A DNA stretch of 58,805 nt from Planctomycetia bacterium (GTDB taxonomy: Bacteria; Planctomycetota; Planctomycetia; Pirellulales; UBA1268): NCBI GenBank assembly GCA_037129475.1, contig JBAXUY010000006.1:1-58805 (forward strand), read 5' to 3'. The notes under the pieces were generated by a model, which saw only the letters and a program-made list of their open reading frames with translations, made no database searches and had not been told where the DNA came from. A program made the position numbers and the translations under genes. Shown here one piece after another: positions 22,022 to 31,694 of this stretch (the stretch's first letter is position 1; each line of letters starts with the position of its first letter).

Positions 22022-22687
22022 ATGCGGATGTCGATGCCTTGGATTTTCATGATTGTTGCCATCGCATCAGGATCGGCTGCCGAGGCCGCCGATTCGGTCG
22101 ATCTTCTCTCGAACGGCCTCCAAGGCTGGGTCGTCGAGGGAACAAGAGATTTTGACAACCGGGGGGATCGTGTGCCGGTGTGGACGTTCGCCGAGGGAGT
22201 TGTGCGATCGAGCGGCCATGGCTTCGGATTCCTGCGGAATAAAAGACAGGTTTCCGATTTTCGTCTCGAGCTGGAATATCGGTTCGCCAAAAACGGCAAC
22301 AGCGGCGTTGGCATTCGCACCTGCCCGTATGTCGACACCGTGGACTCGAGGCCCAGTCAGGCGGGCTATGAGGTGCAGCTGCTTTCGGATTCTGGACAAC
22401 GCCCCAGCCTGACCTCGGGCGGTTCGCTCTATGCCCACGCCATCCCGTCCCAAAACACGTCGCGTGCGATCGGCGAATGGAACTCGCTTGCCGTCGAGTG
22501 TCGTGGGCCCCGCATTCGGGTCATCCACAACGGAGTGGACGTGGTCGATTTCGACCAATCGACGCAGCCGACTGCTGAGCAAAAGCCTCTGCGGGGCAGC
22601 GTGTGTCTGCAGAACCACGGCAGCGCGGTGGAGTTTCGCTGCATTCTGCTGACCGATCTGTCGCCTGACGACGTCCTGCGGGACTGA
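22022..22687 (+). CDS. DUF1080 / 3-keto-disaccharide hydrolase family protein
   Basis: Signal peptide; DFRLELEY..GNSGVGIR, GYEVQL, GEWN, LQNHG.VEFR motifs; start uncertain (22022-22034). Confidence 0.85.
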   Translation: MRMSMPWIFMIVAIASGSAAEAADSVDLLSNGLQGWVVEGTRDFDNRGDRVPVWTFAEGVVRSSGHGFGFLRNKRQVSDFRLELEYRFAKNGNSGVGIRTCPYVDTVDSRPSQAGYEVQLLSDSGQRPSLTSGGSLYAHAIPSQNTSRAIGEWNSLAVECRGPRIRVIHNGVDVVDFDQSTQPTAEQKPLRGSVCLQNHGSAVEFRCILLTDLSPDDVLRD

Positions 22688-22739
22688 TTCTGGGGCCCCT
22701 CGTGTGGGAGGTGCGAGGGGCTCGGCCGTGACGATGCCT

Positions 22740-22867
22740 GTCGGCAATTCTGCCGACGGCGGTCGGCGAGGCCCCGAAATAGCCTGGAATCCAGGGCAAC
22801 AAATTTTCCCCGCTTGCTTGCGTCAGCAGATTTGCCGATTTCGCTCGGCGGAACGGTGACCTACTTT
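22740..22867 (+). promoter_or_regulatory. Activator-dependent promoter of the PEP-CTERM/DUF1559 operon with two TCGGCA-N4-TGCCGA palindromes
   Basis: Perfect site at 22741-22756; one-mismatch site at 22823-22838 abutting TTTCGC(-35)-17 nt-TACTTT(-10). Confidence 0.6.
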
Positions 22868-22919
22868 TCAAGCGATGGGGGATACCCACAGAGCCCAGCA
22901 TGTGGTTGGAGAAACGTGG

Positions 22920-25900
22920 ATGAGACGCTCACTCCTGCAATCTGCAACGGTGTTCGTGCGGCGTGCCGTGATCGGCATCGCGTGTGGCTTCGTATGCATG
23001 GCAGTCACCCACGCGCAGTCGATCACGTGGAGTGGCAGCACGAGCCCGCTGTGGAATGTGACAGGCAACTGGTTCGGGGGCGTTCAGCCCGGGGCGTCGA
23101 ACATCATCGTCTTCGGCACCGCCAGCACGGTCAATCTCTCAGGCACGCTCGGGGCGAATTTCTCCGTCGCCGGGCTCACTGTCGGCAGCACGCCGGGCAA
23201 CGTCTCGATCAGCGGTAACACGCTGACGCTCGGTACCAACGGCATCGATATGTCGAGCGCAGCAAATTCGACCAACAGTCTCACGATTGGCTCAACGCTG
23301 AACTTCAACGCAACGTCGAATGTCAACGTGGCATCTGGGCGCTCGCTGACCTGGAATGCCTCGGGTGCAAACTTCAATTCCGGCACCGTCACGTTCTCTG
23401 GCGCTGGGACGGTAGCGGCGAACATCGCAACGAATATCGCAAACACCTCGGGCTCCAATGCGACCGTCGTGCTTCAAAGCGGTACGTTTTCGATCGGGAA
23501 CGGCCCGAATCTCATGATCGGGAATGCAAGTAATACGCTTGGCTCGTTTATCAATAATGGTGGCACAATCACGCACCAATTCGGGGCATTTCAGATTGGT
23601 TTTTCCGGTTCGGGCGCTTTCTTACAGACGGCCGGATTGACGCAGGTCTCTGTCTTGCGGTTCAAGACGGGCGATCTCCGCATCTCAGGTGGCACTTTTT
23701 CAGCGAACACCTTCGATGAGATGGCGAATAGCGCGAGCAATGTTGCGTCCATCACGCTTACTGGCGGCACAACGACGCTCCCCGCCTTTCCGACGACCCG
23801 CGGCACAGGCGCCACGGCCACTGTCACGTTTGATGGCGGCGTGCTGCGGCCGAGGGCCACGAGTTCCGCCTATCTGCAAGGACTGACCAACGCCTACCTC
23901 ACCAACAACGGTGCGTTCCTCGACACCAACGGCAACGACATCACGATCGCCCAGGTCCTGCAGGACGGCACTGCCGCAGGGACGGCTGGTCGGCTCACTA
24001 AATCCGGCGCTGGAACTTTGACGTTGACCGGATCGAACTCGTACAGCGGTGGCACCGTGATCAACGCCGGAGCGATTCAGGTCAAAGGCGAATCGCTTCC
24101 GAACGCCGGCCTCGGCACCGGCGCGCTCAACATCGCGAACGATGCGGCCGGACTGATTGTCTGGTGGAACACGGCCAACAGCACCGGAACGATTGCGAAC
24201 AATGTCACGATCAACAGCAGCGTGAGTCCCACTGCGACCAAGGAGGCCATCTTCCTCGACGGCGGGAACGGCGGAAACCTCCTGCTTTCGGGTTCGGTGA
24301 CGCTGTCAAACGCTGCGAGTTCACTCGGTTCGTATCAAAGTCAAATGATCACGATCACCGGAAAGGTGACGGGGACAGGCGGCCTCAACAAGGGCATGGG
24401 AGCGGCGAACAACACGGGGAGCCTCGTGCTGTCCAACACGGCAAATGACTATTCCGGCAACACCACAGTCGTTTCGGGTGTTCTCCGACTCGGTGCGTCG
24501 AACGCGGTGCCGTTTGGGGCTGGCAAGGGCAACCTCGTCCTCAACGGAGGTGCGAACAGTTTCCAAGCAGGAACGTTCGATCTAAATGGTTTTAATCAAA
24601 CGGTCAATGGACTGAGCGGAACTGCGAACACAAATCTTGGCCGGGTGGTGAACAATGCGTCGGGCACGAGCACGCTCACCATCGGAGCCAACAACACGAC
24701 GAGCAGTTTTGCCGGCCAGTTGGCCGACGGCGGCGTCGGCAAGGTGCTCGCGCTCAGCAAAACCGGCAGCGGCACCCTCACGATTTCAGGTAGCAACACC
24801 TACACGGGCACGACGACGCTCTCGGGCGGTGCTCTTTCCTTGGGCGGATCGTCGGCACTCGCCGGCGGTGGAAGCATCACATTCAACGGCGGAACGCTTC
24901 AACTGACTGCCAGTAATGTGCTCGACTATTCGGTAAGGATCGTTGGCAGCGGAAGCGCGATTTCGCTCGACACGAATTCGCAGAATGTCACGCTCGCGAG
25001 TGCGCTGGCAAGTTCCAATGTCGGGGGGCTCTCGGTTCTTGGGAGCGGGACGGTCACGCTGCAAGGCGCCAATGCGTATGGCGGCGCGACGGCGCTCCAA
25101 AATGGCGTCATGATGCTCGACTCGGGAAACGACAGGCTGCCGACTGCCACCACCCTGACGCTGGGCGCTGCGGGATCATCGGCGAAGCTCGTTCTCGGAG
25201 CATTGGGAGTCGCCCGAAACCAGACGCTTGCCGGCTTGCTTGCGACCGGCAGTGGAGGAAGCGTCGTGGGCCATGCAGCGGCGAATTCCACGCTTACGTT
25301 GAACATTGCCGCATCCAATACGTTTGCGGGCCAACTCGGGGGCGGCAGTACGAACGAAAATAATCTTGCCCTGGTCAAGTCTGGAGCGGGAACGCTCAAC
25401 CTCACGGGAACGAATTCCTTCAGCGGTGGAACGACCGTTAACGCGGGTATGCTCGGACTGTCGAATCTCGCCGTGACGAACATCGGGCTCGGCGGCGGGA
25501 ACCTGAACATCGCAACTGACGGCGCTGGCCTAAGGGTGTGGTATTCGGCGGTCGGTAGCGGGACAATCGCGAACAACATCACGCTCAATAGCTCGGTCAG
25601 CACCGACCCCGCCAAGGAGGCGATCTTTGTCGATGGTGGCGGTGCCAACAGCCTCACGCTTTCCGGAACGGTGACGCTTTCGAATGCCGCCAGTTCGATC
25701 GGTTCGTACTGGACAAACTCCGTGGCGATCACAGGCAAAGTTACCGGAGTAGGCGGTCTCTCGAAGGGCATGGGAGCAGCAAACAACACGGGCATGCTCA
25801 CGCTTTCAAACGCCGGAAATGATTATTCTGGAAATACGGCTGTCGTGTCTGGAACGCTTCGGCTCGGGGTGACGAACGCGGTGCCGTTCGGCACCGGCAA

Positions 25901-27623
25901 GGGGAACCTCGTATTGAACGGCGGCACCGCGAGTTTTCGGGCAGGATCGTTCGATCTAAACGGCTTCGATCAGACGATCAATGGCTTGAGCGGAACCTCG
26001 AACACGTTTCTGGGCCAGGTGGTCAATAACGCCACCGGCACAAGCACTCTCACAGCGGGTGCCAACGACACGACGAGCAGCTTTGCAGGCCAGCTGTCCG
26101 ACGGCGGCGTCGGCAGAGTGCTTGCGGTCACAAAAACCGGCGCGGGCACACTCACGCTTTCTGGAAGCAGCAACTTCACCGGTGCCACGACGATCGCGGG
26201 CGGTGTTCTTTCCGTCGCCTCGGGCGGCATGCTCGCGGGATCGACGGGAGCAATCGTGATCAATGGCGGAGAGTTGAAGTACAACTCTTCATCCACACTC
26301 TCGCGGTCGATCACGTTCACGGCCGGCACGATCTCCGGCACCGGCTCGATCGGTACGGCGGTGACGGTCAACACCGGTGACGTTCTTTCCCCAGGCAACT
26401 CCCCTGGCGTGCAGAACTACACGAACGGCCTCACGTTCGGCTCCGGCGGCCAATACATCTGGGAGATCAACAACTGGGCCGGCTCCCCAGGTACGGGATA
26501 CGACCAACTCGCCGTGGCGGGAAGCGCGCTCAATATCACGGCCACGAGCGGCAGCACGTTCACTGTCGCTGTGACCGGGCTTACGGCGGGCAACGCATCA
26601 GGTGCCGTGCCCGGCTTCTCCGCGACGTCGGGCACCGGCACGTCTTTCACGATCGCCACGTCGTCGGCCGGGATCACCGGCTTTGACAAGACGAAGTTCG
26701 CCGTCGATACGAGCGGCTTCACGAACAATAACGCGCTCCCCGCCAGCGCTGGCTTCTGGGTGTCGCAGTCGGGCAGCAACATGCTTCTGAATTACGCGCC
26801 GTCGGCGACGCGTTCGCTCTCCGCCGCCACAAGCGCTGCCCAGATCATCGTGGGCGGCACGGCCACGATCTCGGCCAGTGTGATCAATGCCGGTGTTCCG
26901 GCGAGCAATCCTGATGCGCTGAGCTATACGGGGCTTTCCGTCGGCAACGGCGTGACGCTTGGATCGACGAGTGGCGCTGGCGTCACGGCGGGCGGGACGA
27001 GCACGACCTCCGGGGCGTTCAGCACCGTCACGGCCGGCACGTACACGTTTACGCCGAGCGTGGCCACGGCGACCAACACCAACATCGGCACCAATGCCCT
27101 CGTCGGCTCCACCGGCGCGGCCACCGTGACCGTGCTCGACCACGCCACGTCGAGCCTCTCGGGGACCGGCGCTGTCCTGAGCGCGGTGCTGAATCTTGGC
27201 ACCTGGGACTACGGCGTCGGGGCGTGGACGGTCGGCACGAACACCGGCACATTCTCGGTCTTCAACCTCGCAAGCCTCGCGGGGGCGTCGCTCACGGCCG
27301 ACCTGTCGCTGAACGGCTACACCGCGAATGGCGGCGGCTTCTCCACGAATCTGAATGCCTACTCCGACATCCTCGGTGGACAGTCGTCGCCCTTCACGAT
27401 CACCGTCGATCCCTCATCGTTCCTGACGTCGGGCACGCAGTCGAAGACGTTCACCCTCACGATGGCGGATAAGACGGGGCTCTCGGGTGGCGCGGCCACC
27501 AACACGCTCACGGTGACGGCGAATGTCGTCGTGGTGCCGGAGCCGAGTGCCGCGATGCTCGCCGGGCTTGCGGTCTTTACGGCCTGCTGGGTCGCGTGGA
27601 GACGGCGATGCCCTGACGCCTGA
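22920..27623 (+). CDS. Autotransporter-associated beta-strand repeat protein with PEP-CTERM sorting signal
   Basis: Many LTKSGAGTLTLTGSNSYSGGT repeats; LSPGNSPG; C-terminus VPEPSAAMLAGLAVFTACWVAWRRR; signal peptide; no autotransporter barrel seen. Confidence 0.9.
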   Translation: MRRSLLQSATVFVRRAVIGIACGFVCMAVTHAQSITWSGSTSPLWNVTGNWFGGVQPGASNIIVFGTASTVNLSGTLGANFSVAGLTVGSTPGNVSISGNTLTLGTNGIDMSSAANSTNSLTIGSTLNFNATSNVNVASGRSLTWNASGANFNSGTVTFSGAGTVAANIATNIANTSGSNATVVLQSGTFSIGNGPNLMIGNASNTLGSFINNGGTITHQFGAFQIGFSGSGAFLQTAGLTQVSVLRFKTGDLRISGGTFSANTFDEMANSASNVASITLTGGTTTLPAFPTTRGTGATATVTFDGGVLRPRATSSAYLQGLTNAYLTNNGAFLDTNGNDITIAQVLQDGTAAGTAGRLTKSGAGTLTLTGSNSYSGGTVINAGAIQVKGESLPNAGLGTGALNIANDAAGLIVWWNTANSTGTIANNVTINSSVSPTATKEAIFLDGGNGGNLLLSGSVTLSNAASSLGSYQSQMITITGKVTGTGGLNKGMGAANNTGSLVLSNTANDYSGNTTVVSGVLRLGASNAVPFGAGKGNLVLNGGANSFQAGTFDLNGFNQTVNGLSGTANTNLGRVVNNASGTSTLTIGANNTTSSFAGQLADGGVGKVLALSKTGSGTLTISGSNTYTGTTTLSGGALSLGGSSALAGGGSITFNGGTLQLTASNVLDYSVRIVGSGSAISLDTNSQNVTLASALASSNVGGLSVLGSGTVTLQGANAYGGATALQNGVMMLDSGNDRLPTATTLTLGAAGSSAKLVLGALGVARNQTLAGLLATGSGGSVVGHAAANSTLTLNIAASNTFAGQLGGGSTNENNLALVKSGAGTLNLTGTNSFSGGTTVNAGMLGLSNLAVTNIGLGGGNLNIATDGAGLRVWYSAVGSGTIANNITLNSSVSTDPAKEAIFVDGGGANSLTLSGTVTLSNAASSIGSYWTNSVAITGKVTGVGGLSKGMGAANNTGMLTLSNAGNDYSGNTAVVSGTLRLGVTNAVPFGTGKGNLVLNGGTASFRAGSFDLNGFDQTINGLSGTSNTFLGQVVNNATGTSTLTAGANDTTSSFAGQLSDGGVGRVLAVTKTGAGTLTLSGSSNFTGATTIAGGVLSVASGGMLAGSTGAIVINGGELKYNSSSTLSRSITFTAGTISGTGSIGTAVTVNTGDVLSPGNSPGVQNYTNGLTFGSGGQYIWEINNWAGSPGTGYDQLAVAGSALNITATSGSTFTVAVTGLTAGNASGAVPGFSATSGTGTSFTIATSSAGITGFDKTKFAVDTSGFTNNNALPASAGFWVSQSGSNMLLNYAPSATRSLSAATSAAQIIVGGTATISASVINAGVPASNPDALSYTGLSVGNGVTLGSTSGAGVTAGGTSTTSGAFSTVTAGTYTFTPSVATATNTNIGTNALVGSTGAATVTVLDHATSSLSGTGAVLSAVLNLGTWDYGVGAWTVGTNTGTFSVFNLASLAGASLTADLSLNGYTANGGGFSTNLNAYSDILGGQSSPFTITVDPSSFLTSGTQSKTFTLTMADKTGLSGGAATNTLTVTANVVVVPEPSAAMLAGLAVFTACWVAWRRRCPDA

Positions 27624-27709
27624 CCAGCCGCGCCGGAGTTCTCGGCGTAGGATTGGGCTGGGCTGGCGATGATGCGGGGGATTCGAGCCCCGCTCTCAAG
27701 GAGGCAGCG

Positions 27710-28696
27710 GTGCAGACATCTCTGGTTTTGCTGTGGCGTCGACGGGCCGCGTTTACGTTGATCGAACTGCTCGTGGTGATCGCGATCATCGGGCTGCTCG
27801 TTGCGCTCTTGATTCCGGCGGTGCAGGCTGCGCGGGAGGCGGCCAGACGCAATGCGTGCACGAACAACCTGAAGCAGTGGGGACTCGCCATGCACGAGCA
27901 CCACGACGCCTTCCGGGCCCTGCCGTACGGCACGAACCGGGTGTATCCGCTCGGCAAGGAATCCGAGACCGCAGGGTGGACGCAGCGGCGCACGTTCGTC
28001 GTGTCGCTCTGGCCGTTCCTCGAACAGACAGGCCTCGCGAATGCCTACGATCCGACGCGAGGCTTCTACGACACGCGGTCCAATGCATCGGGCCGCTCGA
28101 ATCTGCAGCTCGTTGCGACTCCAATCGCTTCCTACTACTGTCCGAGTGATCGGCCCGGCGCGATGTGGAAAGGTGATGGATTTGTCCGGTGTCGCCTGAA
28201 CTACGTTTCAAACTGGGGGCCACAATATATCTTTAATTCCACGCCAAGCGTCATCCGCACGGCTCCGTTTGGCTTGTTGTCGGTCGGATCCGGCGGCTTC
28301 GCGACGTGTGTGCCATACCGCACGAAGTTCGGCGAGATCACCGACGGGCTCTCCAAGACGTTGATGCTGTCAGAAATGCGCACTCCGATACAAGACACAA
28401 CGACCGACTCAAGGGCGGATGGCATGAGCGACGGAGGCTGCTCATGGTTCATGACCGGGAACACGCCTAATTCCGGGATCGACAACACCCCCGGGTGCGA
28501 CCAGTCGCTCGATCAGGCCACGATGCCCTGTGTGACCACGGCCCATTCATGGCTGACAGCGCGCAGCAGACACGCCGATGGAGTGAATGCCGTGTTTTGC
28601 GACGGCGCCGTGGCATTCGTGAAGGATTCGGTCACGTTGGTGACCTGGCGATCGCTGAGCACCATGAATACCGCAGACACGATCAATGCCTACTGA
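27710..28696 (+). CDS. DUF1559 family prepilin-type N-terminal cleavage/methylation protein with H-X9-DG motif
   Basis: [40 protein letters not shown]; YCPSD; ITDGLSKT; RSRHADGVNAVFCDG; AGGAGG before GTG 27710. Confidence 0.92.
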   Translation: MQTSLVLLWRRRAAFTLIELLVVIAIIGLLVALLIPAVQAAREAARRNACTNNLKQWGLAMHEHHDAFRALPYGTNRVYPLGKESETAGWTQRRTFVVSLWPFLEQTGLANAYDPTRGFYDTRSNASGRSNLQLVATPIASYYCPSDRPGAMWKGDGFVRCRLNYVSNWGPQYIFNSTPSVIRTAPFGLLSVGSGGFATCVPYRTKFGEITDGLSKTLMLSEMRTPIQDTTTDSRADGMSDGGCSWFMTGNTPNSGIDNTPGCDQSLDQATMPCVTTAHSWLTARSRHADGVNAVFCDGAVAFVKDSVTLVTWRSLSTMNTADTINAY

Positions 28697-28708
28697 ATTG
28701 TTGCCCCG

Positions 28709-29137
28709 ATGAAAAAGTGTGTCGAAAAATCATCATGGACTCGGCTGTGGCCGGCAGTCGTGTTAGCCGCAATGTGCGGATGCGGTCGGCCGCCGACGAC
28801 GGTTGGCGGTGTGATCACGTGCAACGGCAGCCCGCTCGCGAATGCAGCCGTACAGTTCATTCCGGCCGATGGAGATGGCCAGGTTAGCCACGCATTCACC
28901 GATGCGGAAGGACGCTACGTTGCCAAGGTGTCGCCCACCCGTTTGATCGTGACGGTCAACGCACCAGTCCCCGCCGGCAGGCGAAAGGCCTATGACATGC
29001 CCGACAGTCCGATGGTGGATGTGATGGTCGAGTCGCTCCCGGAACACTTCAGTGATCGAGACCGTTCCGAGCTCGTCGTGTCGGCGGTCGAAGGGCGGCA
29101 CACGCTGGCGGATTTTGCGCTCGAGCGGAAGCCGTAG
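28709..29137 (+). CDS. Lipoprotein with carboxypeptidase-regulatory-like (transthyretin-like) domain, DUF1559 partner
   Basis: Lipobox-like LAAMCGC; VGGVITCNGSPLANAAVQF.P, TDAEGRY, LPEHFS..S.L. Confidence 0.75.
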   Translation: MKKCVEKSSWTRLWPAVVLAAMCGCGRPPTTVGGVITCNGSPLANAAVQFIPADGDGQVSHAFTDAEGRYVAKVSPTRLIVTVNAPVPAGRRKAYDMPDSPMVDVMVESLPEHFSDRDRSELVVSAVEGRHTLADFALERKP

Positions 29138-29153
29138 CGCGTGCTTCTGTCAG

Positions 29154-29879
29154 TCATGCATCCGAACGCGGGCCGTAGATCTTTGCCACGGCCTGGGCCC
29201 GGGACCGGACGTGGAGCTTTTGGTAGATCCGCTCGATGTGCGTGTGCACCGTCGAGTAGCTCACCTTGAAGTGGGAAGCGATCTCCTTGTACAGGTAGCC
29301 TCGGGCGAGGAGGTCGAGCACGTCCCGCTCGCGCGGCGAGAGAGCCGCCTCAATCAGCTCCCGCTGCGGGTTGGCTTCACGGACGGCTGGTTTGGCCGGC
29401 TGTGTTGTAGGTTCTGCGAAGGCCTGAACGAGCTTTCTCGCGATATTGCTCGTGAGCGGGGCGCCTCCGCCGATCACGTCGCGAACAGCCGATAGCAACT
29501 GTGCGGCGCGAATCGGCTTGAGCAGGTAACCCTTGGCCCCGGCTGCCAGCGACTGATAGAGCACATCTGTGTTGTCATACACCGTGAGCATCACCACTTG
29601 CACGTCCGGCAGCAGGCCTACCAACTCGCGCACACACTGCACACCGTCCATCTTCGGCAGGTTGACGTCCATGATCACCACGTTGGGCCGCCGCTCGGCC
29701 ATCTCGCGCAGGGCCTCCTCGGCGGAACCAAACGTGCCGACGCACTCGATCTCCGGGTCGCCCTGAAGAAAGCCGGCCAAGGCCTGGCGGGTGGCCTTGT
29801 CGTCTTCCACGATGGCGACGCGGATGAGATCGCTGGTGCTCGTCCGTGTGGTGCGCACGATCGGGGTGGTCTTGGTCAT
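29154..29879 (-). CDS. NarL/FixJ family response regulator (REC + LuxR HTH)
   Basis: VAIVEDD, MDVNLPKMDG, GAKGYLLK; LSPRERDVL..LARGYLYKEIA...TVHTHIERIYQKLHV. Confidence 0.95.
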   Translation of the reverse strand: MTKTTPIVRTTRTSTSDLIRVAIVEDDKATRQALAGFLQGDPEIECVGTFGSAEEALREMAERRPNVVIMDVNLPKMDGVQCVRELVGLLPDVQVVMLTVYDNTDVLYQSLAAGAKGYLLKPIRAAQLLSAVRDVIGGGAPLTSNIARKLVQAFAEPTTQPAKPAVREANPQRELIEAALSPRERDVLDLLARGYLYKEIASHFKVSYSTVHTHIERIYQKLHVRSRAQAVAKIYGPRSDA

Positions 29880-29903
29880 GGGGATGAACTCTCGTCGGGC
29901 TTT

Positions 29904-31619
29904 TCAGGACGTTGAAACCGGAACCGATAGCTGGATGGATGTGCCCTTGCCAGGCTGGCTCTCGCAGGAATACGTACCGCCCACCTGCTGCATGCGGCGT
30001 TGCATGTTGGCGAGTCCTTTGCCACTGGAGGAGCCGCGGGCGGCCTCGGCCGGCATGCCGTCGCCGTCGTCCTCGACGAGAATCCGCAGCCGGTTGTCGA
30101 CCACGGCGAGCCGCAGCGTGATCGTGGTGGCGCGGGCATGTTTGACGGCGTTGTGGAGCGCCTCTTTGGCGGCGAGGAACAGGTTGTGGCGAACGTTGGA
30201 AGGTAGCGGGACGTCGGGCAGCCGGGGCGGAAGGTCGATTCGGCAGCACCCACCGCTGGAGGCCACGAAGTCCTGAGCATATTTGCAGAGATAGGCTGAA
30301 AACGGCTCGAGGGCGTCGTTGTGGGGGCTGATCGCCCAGACGATCTCGTTGAGATGCTTCGCCAGCCCCATGGCGTTGTCGAAGATCTGGTCGAGAAACC
30401 GGCGGCTCTCGTCGGGCGTGATCGCTGGGCTGCGGACGAGGTCGCTGAGCATGCCGATGCGGGTGAGGTTTGCCCCGAGGTCGTCGTGAAGGTCCTGGGC
30501 GATCCGCATCCTATCGGCGGCGAGCATCCGCTGCTGCTCGGCCGCGGCGAGCTGCCGCTGCATGCGCTGGCGGGCGACCTGCCGGATCCCGAGGGCGACG
30601 AGCCCGGTGCCGCCAGCCGCCGAGGCGGCCCAAAACCAGGGCCGCGCCCAGACGGGCGGAGGCACCTCGATGACGGCTGTGTATTCGGGGCTCTGGGGGA
30701 CGCCGAGGGCCGAACACTCGCTTATCCGGAAGCGATATTCGCCGGGTGGCAGATCGTCGTAGGTCACGGAATACGCATCGCCAACGCCCACCGCATAGAG
30801 TTCGCTCCATTCGACGAGCAAGTCGTCGCCCGGCGTGACTGCCGGCGAGATCGTCGACGTGGTGATCCACCCGCCAAGGCCTCGGGGGTCGTCGTCGATG
30901 AGCGCGAGCGCGTGCCGCACCGGCGGCCCAGGAAGGCGAACCACCCGTCCGACACCGGGCCGCGTGCCGTCTCGCGCCCAGCCTTCTGGGACGCCGAACG
31001 GGTCGTCGAGATCTTCGCCGTCTTCAAAATCGCTCTGGAAGATCTGTCGGTCGGGAACGCCTTGCTTTCCGACGACGGAGATTCGAATCGACTCGAACAC
31101 GCGCACGCCCGTCGTCTGCTCCGGCCCGGCCGAGATCAGCCAGAGCATCAGCTTCGCGGCCCGTGGCGGCACCGAGATCCGCTTGCTGTGTTTCTGGAAG
31201 GGAGACGTCTCGATCTGCCCGGTCCAGCCCTGTGAGCGGCCTTTGACAAGGCTTTCGTCGCCATCGACGGGCTGGTTGTTCGCATCTATGAAGCGGACCT
31301 GGAATCGCATCAGGCCGTGGTCGGGATCGCGCCAGTTGTCATCGCGGCCGTCGAGCCGATACCGGAGCTGCACCGGCACTCTGTCAAGCCGCACTGGGTC
31401 ACCGAAGGTCATCTTCAGCCGCGAAGGTCGGTCGGGCAGCAGGTAGATGTCTTCAGTGCCACGTCTGCCGGAAGGGGCAATGACGCGGTCGTCAGCGATC
31501 AGGCGGTCGAGGGTCACCGGTGCGACTGCCGAGTCGCTCGCAACGGTCGGACGAAGCGAGCAAGCGGCTGAACAAAGCGTTCCCGCCAGCCCCGCAGCGA
31601 CGACCGTGTACAGCCTCAT
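29904..31619 (-). CDS. Sensor histidine kinase (HisKA_3 + HATPase) with extracytoplasmic Y_Y_Y domain containing a CBM-like insertion
   Basis: RIAQDLHDDLG, EALHNAVKHA, DDGDG, GKGLANM; LRYRLDG...W and YDDLPPGEYRFRI; TM segment after PPVWARPWF. Confidence 0.9.
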   Translation of the reverse strand: MRLYTVVAAGLAGTLCSAACSLRPTVASDSAVAPVTLDRLIADDRVIAPSGRRGTEDIYLLPDRPSRLKMTFGDPVRLDRVPVQLRYRLDGRDDNWRDPDHGLMRFQVRFIDANNQPVDGDESLVKGRSQGWTGQIETSPFQKHSKRISVPPRAAKLMLWLISAGPEQTTGVRVFESIRISVVGKQGVPDRQIFQSDFEDGEDLDDPFGVPEGWARDGTRPGVGRVVRLPGPPVRHALALIDDDPRGLGGWITTSTISPAVTPGDDLLVEWSELYAVGVGDAYSVTYDDLPPGEYRFRISECSALGVPQSPEYTAVIEVPPPVWARPWFWAASAAGGTGLVALGIRQVARQRMQRQLAAAEQQRMLAADRMRIAQDLHDDLGANLTRIGMLSDLVRSPAITPDESRRFLDQIFDNAMGLAKHLNEIVWAISPHNDALEPFSAYLCKYAQDFVASSGGCCRIDLPPRLPDVPLPSNVRHNLFLAAKEALHNAVKHARATTITLRLAVVDNRLRILVEDDGDGMPAEAARGSSSGKGLANMQRRMQQVGGTYSCESQPGKGTSIQLSVPVSTS

Positions 31620-31669
31620 GACACCCTGGATCGTACCAAACGACCGGGTGCCGGACCGAGCGCCACGCC

Positions 31670-31685
31670 TCGGCAGTTTTGCCGA
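31670..31685. promoter_or_regulatory. Perfect TCGGCA-N4-TGCCGA palindrome upstream of the kinase/regulator operon (candidate autoregulatory site)
   Basis: TCGGCA-GTTT-TGCCGA; -10-like TACGAT on minus at 31630-31635. Confidence 0.6.
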
Positions 31686-31694
31686 CAGGCTGCT

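Noticed and set aside
22693-22723. GC-rich hairpin after DUF1080
   Set aside because: No poly-U tail; not enough support for an intrinsic terminator
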